A stretch of DNA of 64,000 nt. Origin: the human T2T-CHM13v2.0 reference genome, Homo sapiens. Location of the stretch: the NCBI RefSeq assembly GCF_009914755.1, contig NC_060932.1. One strand, 5' to 3'. Positions within the stretch are counted from its first letter, which is position 1. Each line of letters begins with the position of its first letter. Of the stretch, positions 37,031 through 62,864 are shown one piece after another. A model generated the notes under the pieces. The model was not told the DNA's origin. It did no database searches and saw only the letters and a list, made by a program, of their open reading frames with translations. Position numbers and translations under genes: made by a program.

Positions 37031-39568
37031 AGTGATATACTTTTGCTGCTTGGCCAAACTAACACTTTATTTTGTCAAGGAGTCCGTTGGTGATTGTGGA
37101 ACAGTTTTTCATTCCATAGGTAGTCCTTCCTAAGTAGGGTTTGGGCATCTCAGAAAAACAAAGTTAGTTAAGTGTTTTCTCAACCTACTGAAAAATAAAA
37201 GTAATTATAAAAGAAAAATTAGTGTGACTGTTGGTGTCTTGAACTCTTTTGTGAATAAAAAACCACTTCATGGCATGCAGCCACTTCCTGGTATTCCATA
37301 AACAAGACACTAAGTTTCAGAAGGTGAGGGTGGTAGAGGCAACACAAGCTTTTGGAAGTAATTGGCATGTGTCTGTCTAATCCAGTAAAGCCTTGCAGAC
37401 CTACCTGATATCCACACTGATCTTGGCCTTGGCCTTCCCTCTCTCAACATGCAAAGCCATTCCTCTCCCAGGCCCACCATGTGGCCCCTAAGTTAAAACC
37501 AAGCTAAAATGGAAATATATTTAGTTGTTATAAAAAAATAAAATGTGGGCAGTCTCCCAACAGAAATAATCAGCCTGCTTGCCCAGAGGGCAAGTGCTAA
37601 TGTATCAGAGCAGAGGAATGAAGTGGGGAGGAAACAGAAGGCTGTCTCCCAAGCCTGGTCCCTAACACCCTGTGCACTCAATAAACAAACAGCCATTTGA
37701 ATCACTTTGGTTCTCCTTTTTTATTATTCTGCAGAATGATAAAGACCTAAAGCCTGTTTATATAGTGTTTTCATGGCTAGAGTTGTATAAAACTGCATTT
37801 TGTCAGTTTGAATAAGTCCATTTGAATGAGTCAAATTTTTTAAAAGCCTCGAGATCCAACAGAGCTGGAAGAAAGTAGGGGTGGGGGTTAAATGGTTCAT
37901 TTGAGATGTTTGCCTTCAGTAACATGAGAGGGAAAGCAGAACAAATGGGCAGGACAGGCAAGGAGGGGCACGGGCTAACACCAACTCTGAAGGACACAGA
38001 GAACATGTTGGGATTCAACACCCACTCTAAGGCAGAACTCCCTGAAGCCTTGTGAGTTAATGAAAGCTCTTTGACAAACAACAATGGACAGGAACTAAAG
38101 CATCAGGATCCAAGGGAAACAATTATACATGGAAAACATAGTTGAAATGCTTCTTATACTTCTAAAGGAGAAACAAAGTGCGTGCTAAGAATATTGAATG
38201 TCTCAATGAGTTGTACCTAGGATCAGCTTGATATTGATGAGAAAATGTCAATAAAATGATCACAACATCACATTACGATCTTACCTTAGATTCTGAAATC
38301 TGTGAGTCTATATGAATTGTTACTCTACAGGCCCTGGTTCTCTCTTTTTTGCATATTTCATAGCACACAGGAAAACTCAGCTGTAACAGCCTTCTATTCC
38401 CCCCACCCTCTCCACCTCTAGTCTTCCTTTCTAAGGTTTGGTCCTTCTGCTAATGACAAAGGGGGCACCAAGAGGGAGGGCTTTTCTCCCCAAGATCCTT
38501 TTGTTCCCAGCATGGGCTGGAGTCAGGGAAGGGGCAGGCTCACCCCTGTCAGAGACGGAGCATTGCAAACAGGAGCCTCTGCTGTTTTCCAAGTTGGAAA
38601 ACCCTCCTGATGAGCCAGATCGTAAGCAGAGATAGGGATACCACTGGCCAAAGTTTCTCAACCACTCTTTATTTTTGGCTTGCATATTCACTGTCAAAGA
38701 TTCTCATTGTTAAGAAGCAGTCTGAAGCCTTTTTATACGCATTTAAGCAAAGTGATGTGCTTTCCCTAATCCCTAGGAGAAGGGAGGAAAACCAATGTGT
38801 ATTAAATTCTTAATACGTGCTAGGTCCCTTAAAAACACCATCATTTTAAACTCTGTCATTTGTGATGCAGTGAGGTCAGCATTATTAGTCCCCTTTACAC
38901 AGATGGTTTCAAGCCCAACTGTGCCAGGCTTTTGAATTTTGCTCTTGTTCTCTGTAGCATGCAGCCTCTTTCTCTATTTTCTCCTTTTGGCCCATCATTC
39001 TCTTACTCAATTCTCTTGCCTTCTTTCCTAAGGGGAGGTTTTACCAAGGACAACATATTTCCCACACACTCTACTTATTCCCAATGACAGGGCAGTTGCC
39101 CCTGGATGAGGCTCCCTGAAGGCTTTATTAAAAGCTTGGGAATTTCTGATCTGAACAATTACAACCTGATGGTGTTTTACGACCAGAAGAGAGGATAAAC
39201 CATAGTCCATTCCATGATATTTCAATCTTGCATCTCTCCTCTAGCTGTTCTTATGCTCCTTCTTGATAACAGGATGGCATTTCAGTTCCATCTTCGGTCA
39301 TAAAGGCTCTGGAATGAAAGACAGCCAAGTCAAAATGCAGTGTGTGGCTTTTCATCGGTGACTTCAGTTTTCACATTTCTAAATTGAGGATAATCATGGA
39401 TTGTTGTGAACAGTGCAAGAAGCAATGTAAGTAAAGAGCTTAGTATGGTGACTGCTCATAGAAGATGCCTCAGTAAGCATTTTCCCTCGTTTCCCTCCTT
39501 CTTCATCCCTGGAAATTGGAGACCAAGCGGGGGTGCAGAATCATATGTCTGCCAAGGGGATACAGTCG

Positions 39569-40772
<1,204 letters not shown>

Positions 40773-41179
40773 GTCTGGCCTCCAGTTCAGCCATCAGCAG
40801 GCTGTCAGGATGGTGAGGAAACTGAGCAGGTCAGTGGCTATGCATGTGAGAAAAGTCCTCTAGTCTTTGCCCTTTCCTCCAGCTCCAGTGGTATAGGCCC
40901 GGGATGACCACCTCACAGACTTCACTGATCATGTGACTAACAACGGGCGGTAGACATTGGGGATTGTGGGAAGAGAGCTGTTGGGGCTACCAAGACTGGA
41001 GCTTGTATAAAATCCAACCATGGGAGTGAAATGGAAAGAATGTGGGTTTTGAATTCAACCAAAAATGCTGGTGTTTGTCTCCACTATGTATCAACTTTAT
41101 CTTCAGACCTGTGATTTCACTTCTCCATCCCAACATTCACTGAGCTGCTAACACATGCCAGGCACCTTCTTACTCACTT

Positions 41180-41392
41180 TTTAAAGTTTTTTTATTTTTG
41201 TGGGTACATAGTAGGCATATATATTTATGAAGTACATAAGATGTTTTGATACAGGGCATGTGGTGTGAAATAAGCACATCATGGAGAATGGGGTATCCAT
41301 CCCCTCAATAATTTATCCTTTGAGTTACAAACAATCCAATTGCACTCTTTAAGTTACTAAAAAATGTACAATTGAGTTATTATTAACTATAT
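41180..41392 (-). mobile_element. L1MA-like 3' end fragment
   Basis: tttttgtgggtacatagtaggcatatatatttatg...catcatggagaatggggtatccatcccctcaa. Confidence 0.85.
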
Positions 41393-41727
41393 CAGGTACA
41401 CTTTTCATATATAGTTTTTGTATATAGCAGGGCTTACATTCATAAACATTCTGGAAGATGTTGTCATATCCCAGTCTATTTTATGCCACTGCTTAGCATT
41501 TACTTGCTTAGCAAATAGCTGAGCCATATACTCACCCTCACATTGTTTATATTCCAGAGGTAATTTGAGGTGTAAGTGGGTTATCAAGCCTAGTATATAT
41601 TGTCTTCAATAAATATCAGTTCCCTACTCCTTTAGCCTACGTCACTTTATTGTAGGCCATAGAGTTCAACTATTAAGTTGAATGACATAAAACTGACATT
41701 TAAAAAATCAAAAATGGTAAAATTATT

Positions 41728-43868
<2,141 letters not shown>

Positions 43869-43955
43869 ATTTAAAAGTGGTTAAATAGCAGCTATTGTAT
43901 ATGTCCTAACATAATATGGAAGGAAGAAGGCTTTCTTTAATATAATGCAGAAATA

Positions 43956-44260
43956 GCCGGATGTGGCGGCTCATGCCAGTTATTCCAACACTTTGGGAGG
44001 TCGATGTGAATGAATCACTTGAGGCCAGAAGCTCAAGACTAGTCTGGGCAACATGGCAAAACCCCTTCTCTACGAAAAATACAAAGATTAGCCAGGCACG
44101 GTGGTTGCACCTGTAGTCTCAGCTACTAGGGAGGCTGAGGTGGGAGGCTTGCTTGAGCTCAGGAGGATGAGGCTGAAAGTGAGCTGTGATTGTGCCACTG
44201 CACTCTAGCCTGGGTGACAGAGCGAGACTCTGTCTCAAAAAATAAGTGAATAAAAATAAA
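43956..44260 (+). mobile_element. Alu (AluJ-like)
   Basis: Diverged full Alu; TSD gcagaaatag. Confidence 0.9.
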
Positions 44261-44379
44261 GCAGAAATAGTAACAATAACCTACCAGTGGAAGCTTGATT
44301 AGATTTGTTTTTCTTGACTTCCTAGGAAAATGATTCCATGCCTTGCTTTGTTAAACCTGGCTCTAAAAGCAAGGCGTCA

Positions 44380-44700
44380 AAACAGACTGTTGAACGCTCA
44401 CTGAGGTAGAAAACCAAAGCCCACAGCAGTGTCCCACATTAGGAGCCAATGGGTGAAAATGAGGGATTGGAAAGGTGAAACAGCAAACGGAGGAAGGCTG
44501 ACTGGCGCGCTGCCTGACTGGACAGCCTGACACAGCCACCAGCCTCAACCCGGGTCAGGGAGACCTGTGGGGCCCTGTCTCTTTCCCTGAAGCCAACAAT
44601 AAAGTGACAGGCACCCAAGAGAATATACTGCCTGTCTGAACCCAGATGAAGCACCGTCAAGGGGGTTTGCCAGAAAAACGTACTCTGTCCAAATGTAAGT
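44380..44700 (+). promoter_or_regulatory. Candidate promoter / first exon
   Basis: CCAAT 44446-44450, ATTGG 44466-44470, retained CpGs, consensus donor GTAAGT 44695-44700. Confidence 0.35.
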
Positions 44701-45896
44701 TCCTTCCACAAAAATTGGGCAGCTTCTAGAATTTAACTCTATTAGCATCTCAATACCTCCAAACATTTGATTACCAGAGCTCATCAATAGCTGCTCTCAA
44801 GGGCAATTATCTATCATTATCAATGTATTGCCTTACCCTTTTAATTAGGATGTTAATGTCCAGTGTAAACAAAGCCTTCTTTGCTAATTTCAGCTGTGCA
44901 CAATGAAAAGCCCTTTTTTCTTTTCCATCCCCTAGGGTTCTGTGGACTGAATTTACTCTAGTTCCTGAAGTGTGGAAAAAGTAAACAAGGTTTTGTTTGG
45001 ATTCCAACCTTAAGTTTCTCTGGACTAAAACCCAGCAAAGTGGCAGAAAGTTATCCCAAAGAAAAAAAAATTGTCCCTGAGGTATGAAAATAATTTCAGA
45101 GAATGTTACGAAAACAAACAAGAAAATCCCCACAAATCCAGAGGTTTTTTTAATAGTTAAAGAGATGAGAGGGGAAATGTTTGGCATATTTTCAATTGCT
45201 TTGTATTACCACAGAAAGGTAAACAATTTTAAAATCATGTTAAATTTTAGCTAAACAGGTATTCAGGTCATTAACAAAGGGTTCCTATCCAGATTAACTA
45301 TTTCATACGGTTATATCAATTTCTGACACAGGGACTTAAAACAATCAATACAAAATTTCTGAAAGAAAGATGAGATGAAACAAATATCAGAAATGTAAAA
45401 ATACATGCACATAAAGAAACAAAAATCATCTACATAAGTGATCTTAATATTTCTTTGTTGTCCTAGCGATCCATGGAGTGGTCTGGTTAGTGAAAATTGC
45501 CTTATCTCTGGGGAATGTGCTAAGCGTTCCCAAGGTACTGGTGTCCCTCACTGGACACAGCCAGCTTGACTCTGGAAGAACCGCCTGGCACAAAGCAATC
45601 AGGCAGTGGGCGTTCCCTTTGACAGGCTGGCTGTCTTTACATAGAACCTACTGGAAACATCACATCTGCCTGGCCTATTTTGAACATTGTTTTGAGGCTA
45701 AAATGGGGCAAGACTCATTCAATGGTTTGAAAGTTTAGGGGAGAAAATAATTTGAAACAAAAATGTCACAGTTCAGTGGTTAGATTGAGTGACTGTTGTA
45801 TCCTTTCTCTCAATGTTGATTATTGAAATGAATTCTATTACATTTATAGTAGAAAAAATTAGTAAATGGAAAAACATATGATGCTACATAAGGTAA

Positions 45897-46602
<706 letters not shown>

Positions 46603-47094
46603 TTACTCCAATTTCCATTTGTAAATAGAGGTCTGGTTAATAAAGGGTAAACACATAAAGGCACTCAAAAAAATCTATAAAACCACTTCCATCTACCATC
46701 ATCAAAAACTGATTGTTTTTTCCTTTTCTGTCTCTTATCAGCAAAATCCTTGAAAATTGTCTTTGATATATTCCTTATAAATGCCAAAAATACATTTGAA
46801 TGTGCAAATATGTCTTTAAAAACACATTTTTCTTTGATTATAAAAAGTAATACAAGCCTACAGAAATTTTAGAGACTATAAAATAGTACCACCCCAAAGT
46901 ATCACCCATAAACCTACAAACTGGAGTCAGCCATTGTCAATATTTCTGTGTAATAGGCAATTTGTCCCCAGACAGGGAGCCAGGATGGCTGGGAGAAACC
47001 TTGGCTTCCCAGGTTGAGGGGAATGCATGACAAAGCTCAGCTGAGTTTGCCACCAGACCTATTATGCTCCTTATAATGTAAGTGATTTACTTGA

Positions 47095-52002
<4,908 letters not shown>

Positions 52003-52674
52003 TAGGGACAGGCTGTCTTCCTTTCAAAGAGCTGAGATGCCTGCAGCAGGGAACGGAGCGGGTGGGGACAGTGGGCAGATCCTGGCTAAGGACCCATTTT
52101 GCATTTTGCCTGGGGCAACTCAGGCAGCTGGTGACTCACTGGAGAATTTTACTCTCAGGCTGTTCTTTCTCTCCCTCCTAATCTGCCTGTTCTCGCTGAT
52201 TCTATTTTTTAAACCAGAGAATTTCAGACTCAGTTGAGATTCTGTAGATTGGTAAATTGGTAAATTCCTACCAGCTGAAGGACACAGCTAGACAGCTGAG
52301 ACAAGGACACAATCGATTTAACCAAAAAGGCAAAATGCCTTGGATGAAAATAGAGCAGCCAGGAAAAACAAGAAAGGATTGCATTTATTATGGAAACATA
52401 TAATCATTAAAGCATACCAAATATCTTGTTCGAAGTAGCATGCACTAATAAAAATAAAAGGAAAAGATTAAAAAAAGGAAAAAAAATCCAAAATAAAAGA
52501 CCTATGAAACACTTTAAGCTCTCCTGTTAAGACTGATTTGACGTTCTAACAGGATGCATACTTAGCTACATATTACACAATATCCTCACACCTATTTTAT
52601 TTTTATAAGCATCTTGTTTGAATAAGGTGTATTTAAAACAAGTTTTTTTTTTAAGCTTTGGAAACTACCCATAT

Positions 52675-53166
52675 TGGGTAGGCAGTCTTTAAGACAGCCC
52701 CTGAAGATTCTGTGTCCCTCGTACATTTTTTTCTTACACTGCACCAAGATTGGTCTATATGAACAATAGGAAACAGCAGAAAGAATAGTTTTTCACTTCC
52801 AAAATCAGGTTATGAAAGATGCTGTGACTTCTGTTTCTGTCTCTCTCTTTCTCTCTGTCACTTGCTTTAGGGGAAACCAGCTTTTGTATGTCGTGAGGAT
52901 ATTCAGACATCGATGTGGAGAGCTTCACAAGGCCTATAATTAAAGCGTGCCCAACAGTCTGTGGAACAACCATGCGATCCTCTGACCTTCAGATGACCAC
53001 AGCCCCTGCTGGTAGCTTGACCATAAGTTCATGAGAGACCTTGAACCCTGGCTGAGCTGCTCCTGGATTGCTGACTCTTAGAAACTATGTGGTATGTTCA
53101 GTGTTTGTGTTTTAAGCTGCTAAATTTTGGGATAGTTTGTTACACAGCAACAGACAACAAACATAC
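52675..53166 (+). mobile_element. MaLR LTR (MLT1E/F-like)
   Basis: ggcagtctttaagacagccc...gttttaagctgctaaattttgggatagtttgttacacagcaacagac. Confidence 0.8.
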
Positions 53167-53195
53167 CATTGTTTCATTTTAAAAATGCTTACTTA

Positions 53196-53867
<672 letters not shown>

Positions 53868-54639
53868 CAGCTGAAAAATGCAATATTTAATGTGCAGAGC
53901 AGAGCAGTTCAACTGGTGCACAGAATCAGTGAAGGGGAGTATTGGGGAGTAAGATTGAGAAAGGTAAATTGATGTCCTTTTATTCTTGGCCCTTAGTGCT
54001 GGGACGAGCAACCAGTGAGCCAAGCACCAGGTGGTTGTTAATTGTCTAAATCAAGATCCAAACCAGGTCCACAGATTACATTTAGTTCTTTGCCTTTTAA
54101 ATCCATTTTAATGTAGGTTCTTCCCCTCTCCAACCTTCACATATTTTCCCCCATGCCACTGACTTGTTGCAGTAACTAACTCTGCTGCCTGTAGGCTTCC
54201 CAACATTGGAGATTGTTTTCCCTTGGCTCTTTGGAGTGTCATTCAACTTGTTTTCTTATCTCCCTTATTTCCTGTAGGCATTAGCTCTAGAGGCTTGATT
54301 CAATTCATCTTACTTTTCAGACAAGAATACCTCAAAGGTAATGCCATGGGCTTGGCCATGTTGGTCCTTCAGGAGGCCCATCAGGTCTGGTGATGTTAAG
54401 ATTGATCAACGGGTTTAGGTGGTGACCAACTCATAGCTCATTCTAAAGTTTCCCATCAACACTTCGCCATATTAATTTCATTCATTGATAATCACGGCTG
54501 ATTTTTGAAGAGTAATCTCTGATACAACGATACACTTGGTCCATTGGTCACAATTTACCTACAAAAATTCATGTCATTCTTTGCCCTGAATCCCCAGAAG
54601 CTACAGCTTCCACTCATGGCTGTATCTCCAAGCCTTAGA

Positions 54640-54797
54640 CAAGTGTTTCTCAAACTCTAATGTCCATACAAATCTTGTGAAACTGCAAGTTTGATTCAGG
54701 AGGTCTGAGGTGCAGCCTGAGATTCTGTACTTCTAGCCAGCTACCAGGTTATTCCAACAGCAAACTGGTCTGCTGCTGCACTCTAAGTAGCAAGCCT
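54640..54797. mobile_element. MER5-like element
   Basis: caagtgtttctcaaactctaatg...tgattcaggaggtctgaggtgcagcctgagattctg...actctaagtagcaag. Confidence 0.7.
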
Positions 54798-55492
54798 TTA
54801 GTGCGTCTCTAACATCTGACATCCAGGCAGGAGACAGAAGGAGCTGTAGGTCACTCTGAGAGATCCTCCCTCATGACTGAAAGGCCAACTGCCTAAGAAT
54901 TAGAGAGGACACCTGAATTAGGTAACACTGTAGGGCTCTCTTCCTGGCAAATTTGCTGTCTCCCAACCTGGAAATCTACTACGTGGGACCAGTCATGGCC
55001 TCAGATGCCTCCTTCACTTGTCTTCTGCTGCTAATGCCCGAACACATGACAAGACCCCCCCCACCAACTGGGCTGGAACACCTAGATCTAGCCATGTCCT
55101 ACTCCCCACCCCACAAATATCTCTGCCCAGATCTCTGCAACTAGAGATAGACAAAGTACAGTGGAAATGTACCGTGCTCTGGTTGTCTCCAAAACCTAGT
55201 ATACTGAGAAGGGCATGAACCAGAAACTGTCACAGAGGCCTGTCTAATATCTCTGTAGTACCCTGAGAAATGTCAGGGCTTTTTGCCAGGACCATGTAGG
55301 AAGAGCTGACACCACCTTATGCAGGGGAGGGAGGGGCCGTGCTAAGACCAGGTCAGACAATAAAAGCAAATTATCCCATCAGCAAATGCTGCAGATGATT
55401 GTCCTAGGTTTTTCACTGTCTGAATCTTATGCTCCCATTTGGTTTTCACTCATTCACATCTCTTGGCTTGAGATCCTAGATTCCTGGTCCAG

Positions 55493-55705
55493 TTTTCTTT
55501 TTTCTTTTCTTTTCTCCTTCTCTTCCTCTTCCTCCTCCTCCTCCTCCTCTTCCTTCTGCTTCTTCTTCTTCCTCCTCCTCCTCCTCTTCTTCCTCTTCTT
55601 CTTCCTCTTCTTCTTCTTTCTTTTCTTTTCTTTTTTTTGACCGTATCTCCCTCCATTACCCAGGCTGGAGTGCCGTGGTGTGATCACAGCTCACTGCAGC
55701 CCAGG
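55493..55705 (-). repeat. (CTT/CCT)n pyrimidine tract at the tail of a partial Alu
   Basis: About 145 bp of near-pure pyrimidines, then an Alu 3' fragment. Confidence 0.9.
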
Positions 55706-56575
55706 CTGGCCTGGTTCTGTTTTGATGTCTCTTTTCAGCCTCCTTAAGTTTTCCCTCCAAATGTCCTTTCTGGTATTTTTGACCTGCTCTCCAAATGTTT
55801 AGAGATGGCTTAGGTGGTCAAATTTGTGATTGGGGCAAGGGTTGGGAAGGGGTCCCAAGGCTTGGACAAGAATGATTCTCTTCAGTCTGTAGCTCTGCAG
55901 ACCTCATATAAGGCTACACCCACCTCGATTCTTCTTATGTGGAAGACCGCTGGGGATGGGTTCAGGCAATTGGGGTTAGAGGAAGGTTGCAACTGGTATG
56001 TTAGGTTGCCACATGTGTACTGAGGAATTGCTGAAGGTTTTCAAATAGGGTGGAGGAAGTTTCATGATAATAGGTTATTTGAATATGTTTTTCCAGTTTG
56101 AGACATTTCCAAGATGTTGAGGCATCAACAATAAGCATATTTCATTAAAAATCTCAGAGGGAGCATTCTGTTCTGCTGTGGCCCCAGCCATGGTCTCTGG
56201 GTTCTCATTTTGGCATTTTCCCTTGGATAAATGTTATCTCAGTTTATTTATAGCTCATTTAGCCCATCAAAGCAATAATAATAATCCCCAAAATAGAGAG
56301 AGATGCTCTGATGATCAATAGGTTACATAAAAAACATTTTTGCGCAGAGTGAAAGTCAAGAGGGTGCTATTATTAATACAACCTCCCACAACCACCCTCT
56401 CATTCTCTGCATCTACCCAGTTTGTGTTATTTCCTTCAAGACCTTTCCTCAAGTATTTTTCCTCTCTGAAGCCATTCCTGACTCAATCTACCACATCTGT
56501 ATACAGGAACAGGAACAACTTCATATTCAAGTCTAGGAGGTGGTGTGGTATAGGCTTTGAAAAAGGGCAGATCTA

Positions 56576-57607
<1,032 letters not shown>

Positions 57608-57619
57608 CCTGTTAAACAC

Positions 57620-58040
57620 CTGTCTCTCACTTCTTTCTTGCTAAGATAACCCTGATTTGTTCAACTATTGGGTGGAGATTTTTTTTATCTCATGGACAGT
57701 GCTTCCAGCTCCTGAACCATTCTTGTCATGTGACCCAATTCTGGCCAATGAGATACAAGCGGAAGTCTGATGAGCGCTTCCGGGTAAAATGTTCATCCTG
57801 CACTGTCTACCTTCTTTATGCCTTTAAATTTGACTATGCAAGGACATGATATTTTCTACCATGAACAGTAGACTAGTGCAAAAACACTGATTCAGAGCTG
57901 TGAATTATGGAGTTGTTGATCTAATGTCAGCAATTGCCTCCCTCTGTCCCAGGCTCCAGATCTCTTACCGTGCAAGAGAAGTTAAACAGTCTTGGCAAAG
58001 GTCCTACTAGCCCTGCTAGCTGGCTGCTCTTTGGTTTGCT
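57620..58040 (+). mobile_element. Ancient ERVL/MaLR-type LTR fragment
   Basis: catgtgacccaattctggccaatgagatacaagcggaagtctg is a motif typical of LTR16/LTR33/MLT1-type elements. Confidence 0.55.
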
Positions 58041-58867
58041 GTAGAAAGCATCCTTAACCCTTATAATTACCATCTAATAGAGTACTGTTGAGATTTAAAT
58101 GAGGAAACCAGTTCACCTGGAGTATAGCAGAGGCTCCATAAACGTTTCTGGAATTTATCTGCTCGACAATGTTGATGAAGGTGCTCAATGTGATGCCTCA
58201 CTCAGTTGAAGTTCCCCAACCATGGACTAGTTGTAGAATGGGAAGGGTACTTGTAATTGAGAGTGTTTGTCACTTATTCATTCATCAGATATTTACTACC
58301 TGCCAGCTATGCACTGGGGAGATGATGGTGAACCAATAATAGGCATGTTAGTTGCCTTCATGGAGCTTAGAGTCTAATGGTGGGAGATGGTTGGTGATCA
58401 AAGACCACACAAGTAAATGTTAAATTACAACTGTAATTCAAGAAGAAAGATGTTGCTCCATACATAAATTATGGAGAGATGTATCTTTCCAAAATACCTA
58501 TCTCTCATCGGGAGAGTCAAAGAAGTTTCCCTGAGGAAGAGATGATTGAACACTGACGTGAAGGAAGGTTGGGAGCTAGTTGGATGAAGGAGGGAAGAAA
58601 GTAAGAGTTTTGAGGAAACAGATCTGTAAATGGGCAAAAGAGTGGATGGTATGTTTGCAATTTGTACTTTAATTTCTTAAATTAACTTTATCTTGATTAA
58701 AAGTGTGTGTATATGTATATATGTGTGTATAAACTATACATGTATATAAAACTATATATGTAGTTTAAAAGTCAAGTGATTACATTGATTAATAATACTG
58801 AAAATAATATTGTTTATAATGCATGCCTCACTCCTATCCATTTGCCAGTCCTGCTTCTTAGAGGCAA

Positions 58868-58908
58868 TTCTTTCTTTCTTTTTCTCCCTTTCTTTCTTTC
58901 TTTTTCTC

Positions 58909-58967
<59 letters not shown>

Positions 58968-59183
58968 GTCTGTCTGTCTTTCTTTCTTTCTTCTTCAATC
59001 CTCCCACCTTTGCCTGGGACTACAGATGCACGTCACCATGCCTGGCTAAAGGTTTGTATTTTTTTTGTAGAGACAGGGTTTCCCCATGTTGCCCAGGCTG
59101 GTCTTGAACTTCTGGGCTCAAGCAATCCTTCCACCTTGGCCTCCCAAAGTGCTGGGATGACAGGCGTGAGCCACTGTGCTTGG
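58868..59183 (-). mobile_element. (TTTC)n microsatellite plus partial Alu
   Basis: Read directly; TSD-like gcaattcttt. Confidence 0.88.
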
Positions 59184-59269
59184 CAGCAATTCTTTTTCAT
59201 CATTTGAACTTTCTCTTAAAAATTCTAACATTTACTCCTGCATTTCCAAATAATATGCTGATTTGCTAA

Positions 59270-59730
59270 CCCAGAACACATTTCCAATTCCTTCTTTCTT
59301 GCCTGCCTTAGGGCTTGGAAAAGCTTGATATCCACTCTTCCAGCCACTCTTGCAGATAGGGGTGACTGTGTGATCCAGTCCTGGCCAATGGGACATCAGA
59401 TGAAGATATGTTGGAAGCTTCTAATATCAATGCTGGTATTGCTTTTTTTTAATGAATACCATAGCTGAGGCTAGCATCACTCCTCCCTCCTTCTTGCTGC
59501 CTTAAACACAGATGTAATGGTTACAGTTGAAGGGATTATCTTTTGCCCATAGGGAAAAGGCCAAGAGAATCTTGGAGATACCAGAATTGACATCACTGAA
59601 CATCAGTTCTGAAGCCAGTGTTGCTAACTTTGAGACCATCATTTATTCAAGTGAGAAAAACTAAATTATATTTTTCCTAAAAAACTCTTAGCCTTGATTT
59701 ACTAGCAGCCCAACACATTCCTAACTAACA
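59270..59730 (+). mobile_element. Ancient ERVL-type LTR fragment
   Basis: cagccactcttgcagatagggg...tgtgatccagtcctggccaatggga. Confidence 0.5.
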
Positions 59731-60218
59731 CTAATGCTGCTACTTCATGATTTTTAAATTGCAGGCAGCAACTATGGACTTACTACTATGGCAGCTGGTT
59801 TAACTCTTCCACAACCCTCCACTTCCTTTTTATCCATACAACTTCAGTACCTTTCTCCCTTTACCTTTCCAATTGAGTTTTATCACCAATTTTAGCAAAT
59901 TATCATTCAGTAATTCTATTACTATGACCATATGAATATTATTCAGTTGAGCCAAGTATGTATTAAGATTAATATGATTATATTTCCATTCTTGTACTTT
60001 TTTTTTTTCCTGGAGCTACTGAATGCTAAATATCTCCTTCATTTTCCCTGTACCTATTGATAATATTTTCTGTACTCACAAAGACTATCAATATAATTTC
60101 CTACAATCTTAAATTTAGTAGTTGGATTCTCCCCCTCTATTTCATCCAGAGACCTCTGTTAAAGGAGAAGTTTAGTTACTCTCTAAGCTGGCTACAAAGC
60201 CGTCGTTCTCTGACTTTC

Positions 60219-62470
<2,252 letters not shown>

Positions 62471-62864
62471 CCTTCCTTTCTTTTCTTTCTCCCTCCCTCC
62501 CTCCCTCCTTCCCTTCCTCCCTTCCTCCCTTCCTTCTTCCAGATTGGGGAACACCTACACATTCACATCTGTAGATCTTTTTCTAGGACCTTGTAATTTA
62601 TTTAAAGAAACATCTTCTGATCTCTTGCCTTGGGGGAGAGGCATGGGTGGTGGTGGTATAAACTTGGCTCCTGGCTTACTAAGCTGGGTGGAGGAAACTA
62701 TGAGATGATATCTCACTGATTAGCATACGATCTTTCACTTGCTCTCCTTCTTGTAGGTCCAGTGGCTCTCTCCTGATAGTTCCCCTGATGTACCCAAGTG
62801 GGAAGTCCTCCTGGTTCAATTTCACTACAGTACACTCTGTCTCCTGCTAGCATGGAGGAGGGAT

